Shown here: positions 38,138 through 47,291 of the stretch, piece after piece | Layout of the letters: each line of letters starts with the position of its first letter | How positions within the stretch are numbered: the stretch's first letter is position 1 | Origin: Dehalococcoidia bacterium | GTDB taxonomy: Bacteria > Chloroflexota > Dehalococcoidia > Lucifugimonadales > Australimonadaceae | DNA length: 64,000 bases | Assembly: GCA_965261385.1 (NCBI GenBank) | Contig: CBDHDB010000001.1 | Coordinates: forward strand, 161,145 to 225,144 | Reading direction: 5' to 3' | Made by a program: the position numbers and the translations under genes | Notes under the pieces: model-generated | What the model was told of the DNA's origin: nothing | Databases searched by the model: none | Seen by the model: the letters and a program-made list of their open reading frames with translations, nothing else

Positions 38138-40051
38138 ATGGCCAAGGTAATCGGCATAGACCTAGGAACGACGAACTCGGCGATGGCCGTCATGGAAGCA
38201 GGCGAGCCCCTAGTCCTCGAAAACTCGGAGGGCGGCCGCACCACTCCGTCGGTCGTCGCCATCAACCCGAAGAGCGGCGAGCGATACGTCGGCATGGTGG
38301 CGAAGCGCCAAGCCGTCACCAACCCGGAGAACACGGTCTACTCGGTGAAGCGCCTCATCGGCCGCAAGTTCGCCGAGATCGAGTCCGAGAGGAAGACTCT
38401 CGGCTACGTAACCAAGGCCGGGAAGGTCGGCGATGTCGCGGTCACCATGGGCGGCCGGGACCACACCCCGCCCGAAATCTCCGCAATGATCCTCCAGAAG
38501 CTCAAGGCCGACGCGGAGGCCAAGCTGGGCGAGACCATCACCCAAGCCGTAATCACCGTCCCCGCCTACTTCAACGACAGCCAGCGCCAGGCCACGAAGG
38601 ACGCCGGCGCCATCGCCGGACTCGACGTGCTCCGGATCATCAACGAGCCCACTGCGGCATCCCTTGCCTACGGCCTCGACAAACGGCAGGACGAGGTCAT
38701 CGCCGTCTTCGACCTCGGCGGCGGCACTTTCGACATCTCCATACTCCACGTCGGCGAGGGCGTCTTCGAGGTGAAGTCCACCAACGGCGACACTCACCTC
38801 GGCGGCGACGACTTCGACCAGCGCATCATCGAGTGGCTTGCCGACGAGTTCAAGAAAGACCAGGGCATCGACCTCCGCAACGACCGCATGGCCATCCAAC
38901 GCCTCAAGGAGGCCGCCGAGCGCGCCAAGATCGAGCTCTCCACCGTCCAGCAGGCCGACATCAATCTCCCCTTCGTCACCGCCGACTCATCCGGTCCCAA
39001 GCACCTGACCACGACCCTCAGTCGCGCCAAGCTGGAACAGCTCACCGCTGACCTCGTCGACCGGACCGTCGGCCCCTGCCGCCAAGCGATTAAGGACGCT
39101 GGTCTCTCCCCCAACGAAATCGCGGAGGTTGTGCTCGTCGGCGGCATGACCCGCATGCCCGCCGTCATCGAAAAGGCGAAGGAGCTCTTCGCCAAGGAGC
39201 CTCACCGGGGCGTCAATCCCGACGAGGTCGTCGCCATCGGCGCCGCCATCCAGGCAGGCGTGCTCCAAGGAGAGGTGACGGACATCCTCCTCCTCGACGT
39301 AACGCCACTCACCCTTGGCATCGAGACCCTCGGCGCCGTCGCCACCGCCCTCATCAAACGCAACACCACCATCCCCACGTCCGCGACCGAGACTTTCACC
39401 ACCGCCGCCGACGGCCAGTCGAGCGTCGAGATTCATGTCATCCAGGGCGAGCGCAGCATGTCTGCCGAGAACAAGACCATCGGCCGCTTCAACCTCGACG
39501 GCATCGCCCCCGCTCCCAGGGGCATCCCCCAGATTGACGTGAGCTTCGACATCGACGCCAACGGCATCCTCAGCGTCTCCGCCAAGGACAAGGCCACCGG
39601 CAAAGAGCAGCGCATCACCATCACCGCCAGCTCCGGCCTGGCGAAGGACGAGGTCGAACGCCTCGTGCGGGAGGCCGCGGAGCACGCCGAGGAGGACAAG
39701 CTCCGCCGCGATCTCGTCGAGGCCCGAAACCTCGCCGACACCGCCGCCTACCAAGCGGAAAAGACCCTCGCCGAGTTCGCCGACAAGATCGACGCCGACC
39801 TCAAGGCCGAGGTCGAGGCTAAGATAGCCGACATCCGCTCCGTCCTAGCCCGCGAAGACGCCGACGTTCCGTCCCTCAACGCCGCAGTGGAAGCCCTTAA
39901 CGCGTCGCTCCAGAAGATCGGCGAAGCCGTCTACGCCCGGCAGCAGTCCGAGGCTGCGGCGTCCGGCGACGCTCCCGACGACACTCCACCGAGCGACGGC
40001 GGTCCTGCCGGGGACGACGACACCATCGAAGGCGAGTACCGGGAGGTCTAG
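38138..40051 (+). CDS. dnaK: molecular chaperone DnaK
   Basis: 637 aa. [17 protein letters not shown] and [10 protein letters not shown] Hsp70 signatures. Confidence 0.97.
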   Translation: MAKVIGIDLGTTNSAMAVMEAGEPLVLENSEGGRTTPSVVAINPKSGERYVGMVAKRQAVTNPENTVYSVKRLIGRKFAEIESERKTLGYVTKAGKVGDVAVTMGGRDHTPPEISAMILQKLKADAEAKLGETITQAVITVPAYFNDSQRQATKDAGAIAGLDVLRIINEPTAASLAYGLDKRQDEVIAVFDLGGGTFDISILHVGEGVFEVKSTNGDTHLGGDDFDQRIIEWLADEFKKDQGIDLRNDRMAIQRLKEAAERAKIELSTVQQADINLPFVTADSSGPKHLTTTLSRAKLEQLTADLVDRTVGPCRQAIKDAGLSPNEIAEVVLVGGMTRMPAVIEKAKELFAKEPHRGVNPDEVVAIGAAIQAGVLQGEVTDILLLDVTPLTLGIETLGAVATALIKRNTTIPTSATETFTTAADGQSSVEIHVIQGERSMSAENKTIGRFNLDGIAPAPRGIPQIDVSFDIDANGILSVSAKDKATGKEQRITITASSGLAKDEVERLVREAAEHAEEDKLRRDLVEARNLADTAAYQAEKTLAEFADKIDADLKAEVEAKIADIRSVLAREDADVPSLNAAVEALNASLQKIGEAVYARQQSEAAASGDAPDDTPPSDGGPAGDDDTIEGEYREV

Positions 40052-40203
40052 GGAGAGAATCCCCTCTACCCCAGCCTGTTGCCGACAGCCCGTGTAGAGC
40101 ACGAGCAAAGGCTTGCTACCGCATCAAGGGGTGTGTAGACTGTCCCAAATGCCCCCTGGCGTCCCCGGTCGGTTCTAGGCCGCGCATGCCAGGTTAACTG
40201 TAA

Positions 40204-40239
40204 GGGGCTGGGTAATAACCCCCAGCCCCTCTCCTTTTT
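40204..40239 (+). terminator. rho-independent terminator
   Basis: GGGGCTGGG (40204-40212), loop, CCCAGCCCC (40221-40229), then CTCCTTTTT. Lies ~150 nt after the dnaK stop. Confidence 0.6.
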
Positions 40240-40265
40240 AAATGACCATCTTGGAGGAGACCTGA

Positions 40266-40868
40266 GTGGCTAGGCTGGCAATCTTCATAGATGGAGGCTA
40301 CTTGGCGAAGCTGGCCCAGCAAGAGTTTGGAGTATGGGTGGATTTTGAAAAGCTCAGCGAGGAAGTGCGGGCTGCGATTGCGGCCAAGACCCTTGAGCCT
40401 CTTGACCTACTGAGAACGTACTTCTACGACGCTCTGCCTTACCAGAGCTCCCCTCCAACACCCGATGAGGCTATGCGATTTAGTCAACGGCGCGGGTTTT
40501 TTGCCAAGCTGAGGCAGTTGCCTAAGTACAACGTGAGAGAAGGACGATTGATGTACCGCGGGAACGACAATCGCGGGCAACCAATCTTCCAGCAGAAGCG
40601 CGTTGACCTGTTGCTTGGGCTTGACTTCGCGTTGCTTGCCGGTAAGCACCAAATCACTCATGCCGCCGTCATTTCAGGGGACAGTGATTTGCTGCCCGCA
40701 TTCGACGTCGCTCAGCAAGAAGGAATTGTCGTTTGGCTTATCCATGGACCGCGCGCGCCTCGACATGGCGGTCCTTCTACCTATGCGGAGGAACTCTGGG
40801 AAGCAGCCGATGAACGTTTCTTGCTCGACGATGCTTTCATGGCCAAGGTCGCGCGGCTAGATCGATAG
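40266..40868 (+). CDS. NYN (LabA/PIN-like) domain protein
   Basis: 200 aa. RLAIFIDGGYL...KRVDLLLGLDF...AAVISGDSDLLPA acidic-residue pattern of NYN nucleases. Visibly more A/T-rich than its neighbours. Confidence 0.75.
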   Translation: MARLAIFIDGGYLAKLAQQEFGVWVDFEKLSEEVRAAIAAKTLEPLDLLRTYFYDALPYQSSPPTPDEAMRFSQRRGFFAKLRQLPKYNVREGRLMYRGNDNRGQPIFQQKRVDLLLGLDFALLAGKHQITHAAVISGDSDLLPAFDVAQQEGIVVWLIHGPRAPRHGGPSTYAEELWEAADERFLLDDAFMAKVARLDR

Positions 40869-40938
40869 CCAATAGCTCAGACTTCACGCAGCACACCACC
40901 GAGGGCGAATACTGTGAGGTGTGGAGGCTGCCGAGCCC

Positions 40939-41289
40939 CTACCGCCCGTAGTCGTCCTCGAGCCGCACGATGTCGTCCAGTTCCGTCGTGCTCACCTCGA
41001 GGATGACCGCGTCCTCCTCCGACAAGCCCTCGATGCGGTGCACCGTACCGGGCTCGATGGCATACGCCTCGCCCGGCTCCATCAGGATGTGCCCGTGCCC
41101 GTGCTCCTCGGAGACCATTAAGTCCGCCGAGCCTTTGAGCAGCATCATCGTTTCACGCTTGCGCTCGTGGTACTGCATGCTCAGACGGTGGCCGTGCCGC
41201 ACGTTCAGGCGCTTGACACAGTACGCCTCGCACAGGTCAACGATCTCCTCGCTGCCCCACGGCTTCTCTATCACGTCGCCGGGCTTCAT
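40939..41289 (-). CDS. single-domain cupin (phosphomannose isomerase type II C-terminal-like)
   Basis: 116 aa. KPWGSEE...VKRLNV..GHRLSMQYHERKRETMMLL.G...DDIVRLEDDYGR. Confidence 0.7.
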   Translation of the reverse strand: MKPGDVIEKPWGSEEIVDLCEAYCVKRLNVRHGHRLSMQYHERKRETMMLLKGSADLMVSEEHGHGHILMEPGEAYAIEPGTVHRIEGLSEEDAVILEVSTTELDDIVRLEDDYGR

Positions 41290-41325
41290 CGCCGCCCGAT
41301 TCTACCGCGCCGCTCGGTGCGCATC

Positions 41326-42405
41326 CTAGAGTGCGGAGGCGACTAGACGCGCCTCATCGAACGCGAGCCCGAGACCGGGCGCGTCGGGCATGACGAGGCG
41401 GCCTTCCGCGTTGACCTGCGGGACCTCCTCGAATAGCGCGAATGCCCACGGCATGTGCTCGACGTATAGCCCGTTCGGCGCCGCCGCCAGCGCGTGGCCC
41501 AGAATCTCCGGCGCCAGGTGCGTCACCACCGGCAGGTTGTACGCCTCCGCCATGTGAGCGACCTTCATCCACTGCGTGATGCCGCCCACCCGCAGCAGAT
41601 CGACCATCACGATGTCGATGGAGCGCGCCTCCAGCATGTGCCGGAAGGGCTCGATGCCGTAGTGGTACTCCCCTGCCGCGATGGGCGTGGCCAGCGCGTC
41701 CGCGATGCGCGCGAGCCCCGCGTAGTCTTGGAAATGCGTCGGGTCCTCCAGCCAGAAGAGACCGTATTCCGCCATGCCGCGCCCTACCGCGATGGTCCGA
41801 TTCACGTTCCATCCCTGGTTGATATCCACCATCAGGTCGACGCCGTCGCCCACCGCCTCGCGCATCGTCCGCAGCCGGGCCAGCTCCGCCTGCGCCGACG
41901 CCTCCGCGCCCATGCGAAACTTCATCGCCCGGAACCCCTCCGAGACCAGCTCGGCCGCCGTCGACGCGAGCGCCTCCAGGTCGTAGTGCCGCCACAGATA
42001 GCCGCTGGCGTAGGTCGGCACGACGCCCGAGCTCGCGCCCAGGAGCTTCCACACCGGCATCCCTAGCGCCTTCCCCCGGATGTCCCACAACGCCACGTCG
42101 ATGGCCGATACGGCGCGCGTCACGAGCCCCGCCGGCGAGCCGCCCCCTGCCCTTGCGAGCAACCGCCCCACGATTGCGCCGGTCTCGTGCGGGTCCGCCC
42201 CCACCACAGCCCCCGCCAGTGCGTCGACGACCTCCTTCAGCCCCTTGGTCACGAGCGTCGACGCAAACCCCGCGTAGGCGACGCCCTCGATGCCGTCGTC
42301 CGTCCGCAGCTTGAGCGTGACGTAGTCCGCTTCCTCACGAGGCGCGGACGGCCCAGGCTCGCGGGGGATGCGGACGGCCCGGCTCTCGAATGACGCAATC
42401 TTCAT
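41326..42405 (-). CDS. enolase superfamily enzyme (mandelate racemase/muconate lactonizing family)
   Basis: 359 aa. ...ALWDIRGKALGMPVWKLLG..., VDLMVDINQGW, FWLEDP metal-ligand pattern. Confidence 0.85.
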   Translation of the reverse strand: MKIASFESRAVRIPREPGPSAPREEADYVTLKLRTDDGIEGVAYAGFASTLVTKGLKEVVDALAGAVVGADPHETGAIVGRLLARAGGGSPAGLVTRAVSAIDVALWDIRGKALGMPVWKLLGASSGVVPTYASGYLWRHYDLEALASTAAELVSEGFRAMKFRMGAEASAQAELARLRTMREAVGDGVDLMVDINQGWNVNRTIAVGRGMAEYGLFWLEDPTHFQDYAGLARIADALATPIAAGEYHYGIEPFRHMLEARSIDIVMVDLLRVGGITQWMKVAHMAEAYNLPVVTHLAPEILGHALAAAPNGLYVEHMPWAFALFEEVPQVNAEGRLVMPDAPGLGLAFDEARLVASAL

Positions 42406-42417
42406 GACATCAACCTC

Positions 42418-43611
42418 CTAACTGACGCCCGACATGCCCGTGAGCAGCGCGCCTCTGTCGATCTCGCCGAGCAGGCTTCCGTTGTCGGCGACGACCGCTA
42501 TCGGGTGTTCCGTCTGGGCCGCCATCGGGATGATCTCTTCGATGAAGGTCTCAGGCTCCGTGGTCATCGCGGGAACGACCTCCGCTCCTTCCAGGGTCTC
42601 CTTCCGCTGGGCAACGAGCTCCCTGACGTGGTCTTCCGTCAGTATCCCCTTGAGCGTGAAGTCGCGCGCTATCAGGAACACCGCGTCGATGCCGTAGTTC
42701 CGCATAGCGTGCAGGGCCGCGCGCGGGCCCTGCCGCTCGTACATAACCACATCCGGCTCCCGCATGATCGCCTTCGCCTGAATGACCTTAGCCCTGGACA
42801 CGTCCCGCACGAAGTCGGTCACGTAGTCGTCGCTCGGCAGCGTGACGATCTCCTCGGGCGAACCCTCCTGGATGATCTCGCCGTCCCGCATGATTGCAAT
42901 GCGGTCGCCCAGTTTGAGGGCTTCGTTCAGATCATGCGTGATGAACACGATGGTCTTGTGGAGCTCGGTCTGAAGGGTGATGAGCTCGTCCTGCATCTCC
43001 CTCCGTATAAGGGAATCGAGACCGCTGAACGGCTCGTCCATGAGCAGCACGTCGGAATTGACCGCCAGAGCCCTCGCTAGGCCGACCCGCTGCTGCATCC
43101 CGCCGCTCATCTCCCGGGGATAGTTCCCTTCCCAGCCCTTGAGCCCGACGGTCTCGATGGCCTCCGCCGCGGCCTCGTACCTGGTCTTCTTGCTCAGGCC
43201 CCTTACCTCCAGACCGTAGGACACGTTGTCCAATACGTTGCTGTTCGGAAGAAGGGCGTAGTGCTGGAAGACCATGGCGACCTTGCTGCGCCGGAATCGC
43301 ACCAGCTGCTCCGAAGAGTACGTGCGAATGTCCTCGCCGTCGAAATGGACCTGCCCCGCGGTGGGTTCCGTGAGCCTGATTAGACAGCGCACCAAGGTCG
43401 ACTTGCCGCTGCCGGACAGGCCCATGACGACGAAGACCTCTCCGCTGTTCACGGCGAACGAGACATCTCTGAGCCCGACGACGACGCCCAGCTCCTGCCG
43501 GAACTCCGCACGGCTCTTCGACGCATGCTCCGGATCGAGAGCGCGCTCCGGTCTATCGCCGAACACCTTCCAGACGTTCTCGACCTCTATCCGGCGGCCC
43601 TGCTCGCTCAT
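42418..43611 (-). CDS. glycine betaine/proline-type ABC transporter ATPase (ProV/OpuAA-like) with a tandem CBS C-terminus
   Basis: 397 aa. GLSGSGKST, MSGGMQQRVGLARAL, LLMDEPFSGLD. The C-terminal ~120 aa are CBS-pair-like. No cognate permease or SBP adjacent. Confidence 0.85.
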   Translation of the reverse strand: MSEQGRRIEVENVWKVFGDRPERALDPEHASKSRAEFRQELGVVVGLRDVSFAVNSGEVFVVMGLSGSGKSTLVRCLIRLTEPTAGQVHFDGEDIRTYSSEQLVRFRRSKVAMVFQHYALLPNSNVLDNVSYGLEVRGLSKKTRYEAAAEAIETVGLKGWEGNYPREMSGGMQQRVGLARALAVNSDVLLMDEPFSGLDSLIRREMQDELITLQTELHKTIVFITHDLNEALKLGDRIAIMRDGEIIQEGSPEEIVTLPSDDYVTDFVRDVSRAKVIQAKAIMREPDVVMYERQGPRAALHAMRNYGIDAVFLIARDFTLKGILTEDHVRELVAQRKETLEGAEVVPAMTTEPETFIEEIIPMAAQTEHPIAVVADNGSLLGEIDRGALLTGMSGVS

Positions 43612-43719
43612 GTGGCGCCTCCCGCCGGGGTAGGTCTACTACACCGAAGGTGGGCGGACAACGACATAGACCGTCAAGTAGCGCCCCTCCTTCTCAACCC
43701 CCACGCCCTTCTCGCCCCA

Positions 43720-44913
43720 TCACCGCAACCCGTGGACGGGGAATACCAGGCGCTTGATCTCGTCCGTCTGCTCCTGAGCGTAGGCGCGGGCCTTGGCGCG
43801 GATATCGGGGGCGACCGTCGCCGTCCCCTCGTCGTCGCGCAGCCGCGGGCTTTCGAGGAAAGCGCCGGCCTCGACGGGCAGCTCGTCGGGCCAGTCGCGG
43901 CCCAGCATCGCGCCGTAGGCGAGGGTCCAGCACCGGGGCACGGCGTCCAGGTCGTAGCCGCCGCCGCCGAACGCCAGCCACGGATAGCCCATCGCGCCCA
44001 GACGCTCGACGGCGGCCATGTACCCGTGCGTGCTCAGACTCAGATGCGTGAGCGGGTCGTCCACGTAGGCGTCCGCGCCGAGCTGCGTCGCGAGCACGTC
44101 CGGCGCGAACGCCTCGATCAGCGGCGGGACCACCTGGTCGAACGCATCGAGGTAGATGGCGTCGTCCGTGTACGGAAACAGCGGCAGGTTCACCGAGTAG
44201 CCCGCCGCGTCCCCAGCCCCCAATTCGGCGACCGCGCCCGTGCCGGGGAACAGCCAGCGCCCGCTCTCATGGATGGATATCGTCATCACGTCCGTGTCGC
44301 GGTAGAAGGCGGCCTGTACACCGTCGCCGTGGTGCGCGTCGATGTCCACGTAGACCACCCGCAGCCCGCGCTTCCGCAAAGCGTTGATGGCGACGACGGG
44401 GTCGTTGAAGATGCAGAACCCGGAGGCCCACCCGCGCATCGCGTGGTGCAGCCCGCCCGCCGGCGCGAACGCCGCCGACGCCGCGCCGTCCGCTACGAGC
44501 TCCGCCGCCTGGACCGACGCTCCCGTAGAGAGCAGCGCCGCCTCGTACATCCCCGGATAGACCGGATTGTCGCCCTGTTCGGAGAACCCGTGCCCCCCTC
44601 CGTCATTCCCGCGTAGGCGGGAATCTCGTCCCCTCGCCGTTCCCCCGATAGCCGGATCGGGCTGCTCCTCGCCGCTGCTCAGACGGCGCACGACGTCGAT
44701 GTAGCTCTCAGTATGGAACGTTGTGAGCTCGTCCATCGTCGCCGGACGCGGCGCGACGAGCATCGCGCTCTCGTCCTCGAATGCCCCGTAGGCGCGGAGT
44801 AGCTCGTAGGTGCGCTGAAGGCGGACGGGGACCATCGGGTGGCCCTCCCTCAGCACGTGGCGCGATAACACCTCGTCATAGACATACGCCGCCCTACCGC
44901 CTAGATGAGTCAT
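43720..44913 (-). CDS. histone deacetylase family / acetoin utilization AcuC-like deacetylase with an in-frame REP-a insert
   Basis: 397 aa. GGLHHA, DIDAHHGDG and ...GGGGY motifs. The segment ...TARGRDSRLRGNDGGGHG... is encoded by a REP-a unit on the opposite strand. Confidence 0.85.
   Translation of the reverse strand: MTHLGGRAAYVYDEVLSRHVLREGHPMVPVRLQRTYELLRAYGAFEDESAMLVAPRPATMDELTTFHTESYIDVVRRLSSGEEQPDPAIGGTARGRDSRLRGNDGGGHGFSEQGDNPVYPGMYEAALLSTGASVQAAELVADGAASAAFAPAGGLHHAMRGWASGFCIFNDPVVAINALRKRGLRVVYVDIDAHHGDGVQAAFYRDTDVMTISIHESGRWLFPGTGAVAELGAGDAAGYSVNLPLFPYTDDAIYLDAFDQVVPPLIEAFAPDVLATQLGADAYVDDPLTHLSLSTHGYMAAVERLGAMGYPWLAFGGGGYDLDAVPRCWTLAYGAMLGRDWPDELPVEAGAFLESPRLRDDEGTATVAPDIRAKARAYAQEQTDEIKRLVFPVHGLR
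44601..44625 (+). repeat. REP-a palindromic element inside the deacetylase CDS
   Basis: CGTCATTCCCGCGTAGGCGGGAATC. Read on the minus strand in-frame as DSRLRGND. Confidence 0.85.
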
Positions 44914-45407
44914 CGCAGCCGGAGTCTAGCAAAGCGGAGCCTCAACCCCACAGGATGGAAAAGGGGGAGGGAGCGGGCTTTTCGGGAGCAAGTTGGCTTC
45001 TCAATGGGATTTTTACCCATAATGTTTGGTCCTCGTGTCGCCGGAGGGGCGCCTTCGGCTTCTTAAAGAGGGGTCCACAACGGAGTCGTCGTGGCCACCG
45101 ACCGGCGTGCTCTCATGCTGAACTCCGGCATGGCGTCAAAAGACGTGGTCGAGGTTCCTATCCGGGCCTGCAAGTGGACTATAACGAGGGGTTGACCTGC
45201 TCCGGCTTGAATTTGTCCGGCAGCACGGACCAGGACTACGCTTACTACCTTGACCACAACGGCAAGAAGCAAATCAGAAGCCGGGCCAGGCCGTTGTTCG
45301 AATGCGTGCTCCGGCAAATCCACGCCGCGGCCAACCCCGCCGGCGACTAACCGGGGAAGGCACACAGGGACGGCGAACCGGAAGAAACTACGCCGGAGGG
45401 AACAATC

Positions 45408-46730
45408 ATGGCGTCACGAGAGAAGCAGAGAAGGATCGACGACCAATGGCAAGCCCTGCAACCGGGCTGGGGCCGGAAAGACTACAAGGGTGAGCGAAAG
45501 ATGCTCTACGATCTGCTGGAACCCGGCGAAGACGTCGAGCTACTGCACACGTGCGGCTTTGAGACCAAGAATGTAACGTGGGGCTCCCGCCATGACCGGG
45601 GGGTCGTGGTCGCTACCGGGCGCCGGGTAATCTTGCTGAACCGGGGCCGGTTGTCCAAGAACCGCTTTGGTCTGACTTACCTGGAAATTGACGAAATCAC
45701 GGAACCGGGACCCGGCAGGATTAGGCTCAGAGAGTCTGGAAGTGGCGACGCTACGGACAGCGAGTCGGGAGCAGTCTTTGACCTGGACTTGCAATTTGCG
45801 GCCGCTGACTTCTCCCGGTTTGTAAGAGGCCGTCTGCTGAGCGACGAAGAGTCGGTCGCGGCGGCATTTTCCCATGTCCTGGCGCGTGGAGAACAGGTCC
45901 GGCATTGGGCGCGCTGCTCAGCGGGACCGGAAACGGTCTTTCATAATCCTGGCAGTGGGGGCGGCCCGAGCGGGAGTCACACTCCGGAATCTTGGGAAAC
46001 GTCATGGGATGGCTGGCCGGCGCTCGCTGTGGACACCGGGCCCCGTATACTGCTCATTACGCTCGCTGTGGACACCGATTTGCTCCTTCATGCGCGGGAG
46101 GAGGAAGTAATCGAAATCCACGGGAGCATCCTGTCGGTGGAGTACTGGGGAGGCACGCGAGTCCGGTTCGTAGACGTGGACGCCCGGGTCCACGCTCTAG
46201 AGTTCAGGAAGGAAGCCGACGCAACCCAGTTTGTGGACCTGATTAGTCAGCATTTCGGGACAGCGGCGCGGCGGGTGTCTGCTGAGGTCAGGATTTCCGC
46301 CGAATGGAAACTGCAACACCCCCTTTGGGACCGCAGGAAAAACCATGGCGGCGAGCGCCGCAAGCTCGCGGAAATCATGGATGACGACGAGCATATCGAA
46401 GCGCTAGCTTGGGGCGATTATCGCCCGGCGGGGGCGAAAGAGGAACTCTACGGAGGCATCATAGCCGCCACCGGTCGCCGGCTCCTGTTGGTGAGCAACG
46501 GCCTGCTGCAGAAGAATGTCAGCCAGTTGCCTTACGAAGGGATAGATGGCGTCGCCTTGAAAAGCGGTGATCTGATCATCACCGCCAAGTCGGGACATAG
46601 CGGGTATGAGATCTTCAGCATAGACGACATGGATCCTCACCATTCCCGAAACAAGGGATACGGCGAAGTATTTGCATCACGTCTTCAGGTGCTGGTCGGA
46701 ATCGCTCACCGACAGGCATCAGCACCATGA
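45408..46730 (+). CDS. protein with three bacterial PH (YokE/bPH-like) modules
   Basis: 440 aa with GGAGGG upstream. N- and C-terminal modules share the pattern E(R)K(M/L)...L.PGE/DDE.(V/I)E.L..G.....G(V/I)..ATGRR.(I/L)L(L/V)..G...KN......Y..ID. Lower GC than the backbone. Confidence 0.65.
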   Translation: MASREKQRRIDDQWQALQPGWGRKDYKGERKMLYDLLEPGEDVELLHTCGFETKNVTWGSRHDRGVVVATGRRVILLNRGRLSKNRFGLTYLEIDEITEPGPGRIRLRESGSGDATDSESGAVFDLDLQFAAADFSRFVRGRLLSDEESVAAAFSHVLARGEQVRHWARCSAGPETVFHNPGSGGGPSGSHTPESWETSWDGWPALAVDTGPRILLITLAVDTDLLLHAREEEVIEIHGSILSVEYWGGTRVRFVDVDARVHALEFRKEADATQFVDLISQHFGTAARRVSAEVRISAEWKLQHPLWDRRKNHGGERRKLAEIMDDDEHIEALAWGDYRPAGAKEELYGGIIAATGRRLLLVSNGLLQKNVSQLPYEGIDGVALKSGDLIITAKSGHSGYEIFSIDDMDPHHSRNKGYGEVFASRLQVLVGIAHRQASAP

Positions 46731-46826
46731 GCACAACGGCAACAGCTCATTTAGCCTTGGCGGCAACATCCACATCTGCTCCCTGGTCATCGGTCGAAGC
46801 GGCAACTCAGAATCCCCCTAACTAAG

Positions 46827-46849
46827 CCCCACTGGCGGGGACTCGAACC
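46827..46849 (-). other. orphan tRNA 3'-end-like fragment (possible att remnant)
   Basis: Minus strand reads GGTTCGAGTCCCCGCCAGTGGGG, i.e. T-loop, T-stem 3' half and acceptor 3' strand. The upstream 50 nt cannot be folded into D, anticodon or T-stem 5' arms. Confidence 0.4.
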
Positions 46850-47002
46850 ATGTGAGGGCCCTTAAGTGCTATCGCCTGCCCCAGAGCGCAAGTCTACCGC
46901 CCACGAGTATCGAATCTTTCCGTTGCTATTACTATAAAGGGGCTCCTCGACGGCCTCGTCCAAGCCCAAGCCGACATCTCCCGCCTCAACGCCGCCTCCT
47001 AA

Positions 47003-47063
47003 CCCCTCTCCCCCGTCTGCTCCGGTCCTCTCCACCGTCTGCGGGGGAGAGCTAGAGAGGGGG
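47003..47063 (+). repeat. REP-b element (first copy of a ~95-bp direct duplication, 47001-47095)
   Basis: CCCCTCTCCCCCGTCTGCTCCGGTCCTCTCCACCGTCTGCGGGGGAGAGCTAGAGAGGGGG. Confidence 0.85.
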
Positions 47064-47134
47064 CCGCCCCACCCGCCAATCAACGCCCCCGCACCCATCA
47101 TCGCCAAGCCCATCCGTCATCGCCACGCCCCACC

Positions 47135-47159
47135 TGTCATTCCCGCGAAAGCGGGAATC
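47135..47159 (+). repeat. REP-a palindromic element
   Basis: TGTCATTCCCGCGAAAGCGGGAATC. Confidence 0.85.
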
Positions 47160-47175
47160 TAGGACGCCCACTTTC

Positions 47176-47200
47176 CGTCATTCCCGCGCAGGCGGGAACC
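47176..47200 (+). repeat. REP-a palindromic element
   Basis: CGTCATTCCCGCGCAGGCGGGAACC. Confidence 0.85.
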
Positions 47201-47230
47201 TCGCAGCGGCGCGACAGCGGCGCGGTCCAT

Positions 47231-47291
47231 CCCCCTCTCCCCCGTCCGCTCCGGTCCTCTCCACTGTCTGCGGGGGAGAGCTAGAGAGGGG
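47231..47291 (+). repeat. REP-b element (second copy of the direct duplication, 47229-47323)
   Basis: Differs from 47003-47063 at two positions (TCTGC/TCCGC and ACCGT/ACTGT). The flank GGCCGCCCCAC(C/T)CGCCAATCAACGCCCCCG is also repeated. Confidence 0.85.

Noticed and set aside
44781-45365. ORFs 44781..45350 (+) and 45063..45365 (-) in the 500-bp gap upstream of the PH-domain gene
   Set aside because: The first overlaps the deacetylase 5' end, and both lack SD sequences and motifs. The 3' third of the plus ORF (..DQDYAYYLDHNGKKQIR..) might be a gene remnant, but I cannot support it.
46827-46905. Possible complete ~72-nt tRNA on the minus strand
   Set aside because: Only the T-loop and acceptor 3' part look tRNA-like. 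I could not form an acceptor stem (GGCGGTA against CCCCGCC), a T-stem 5' arm, or D and anticodon arms. Kept only as a fragment or att-scar hypothesis.
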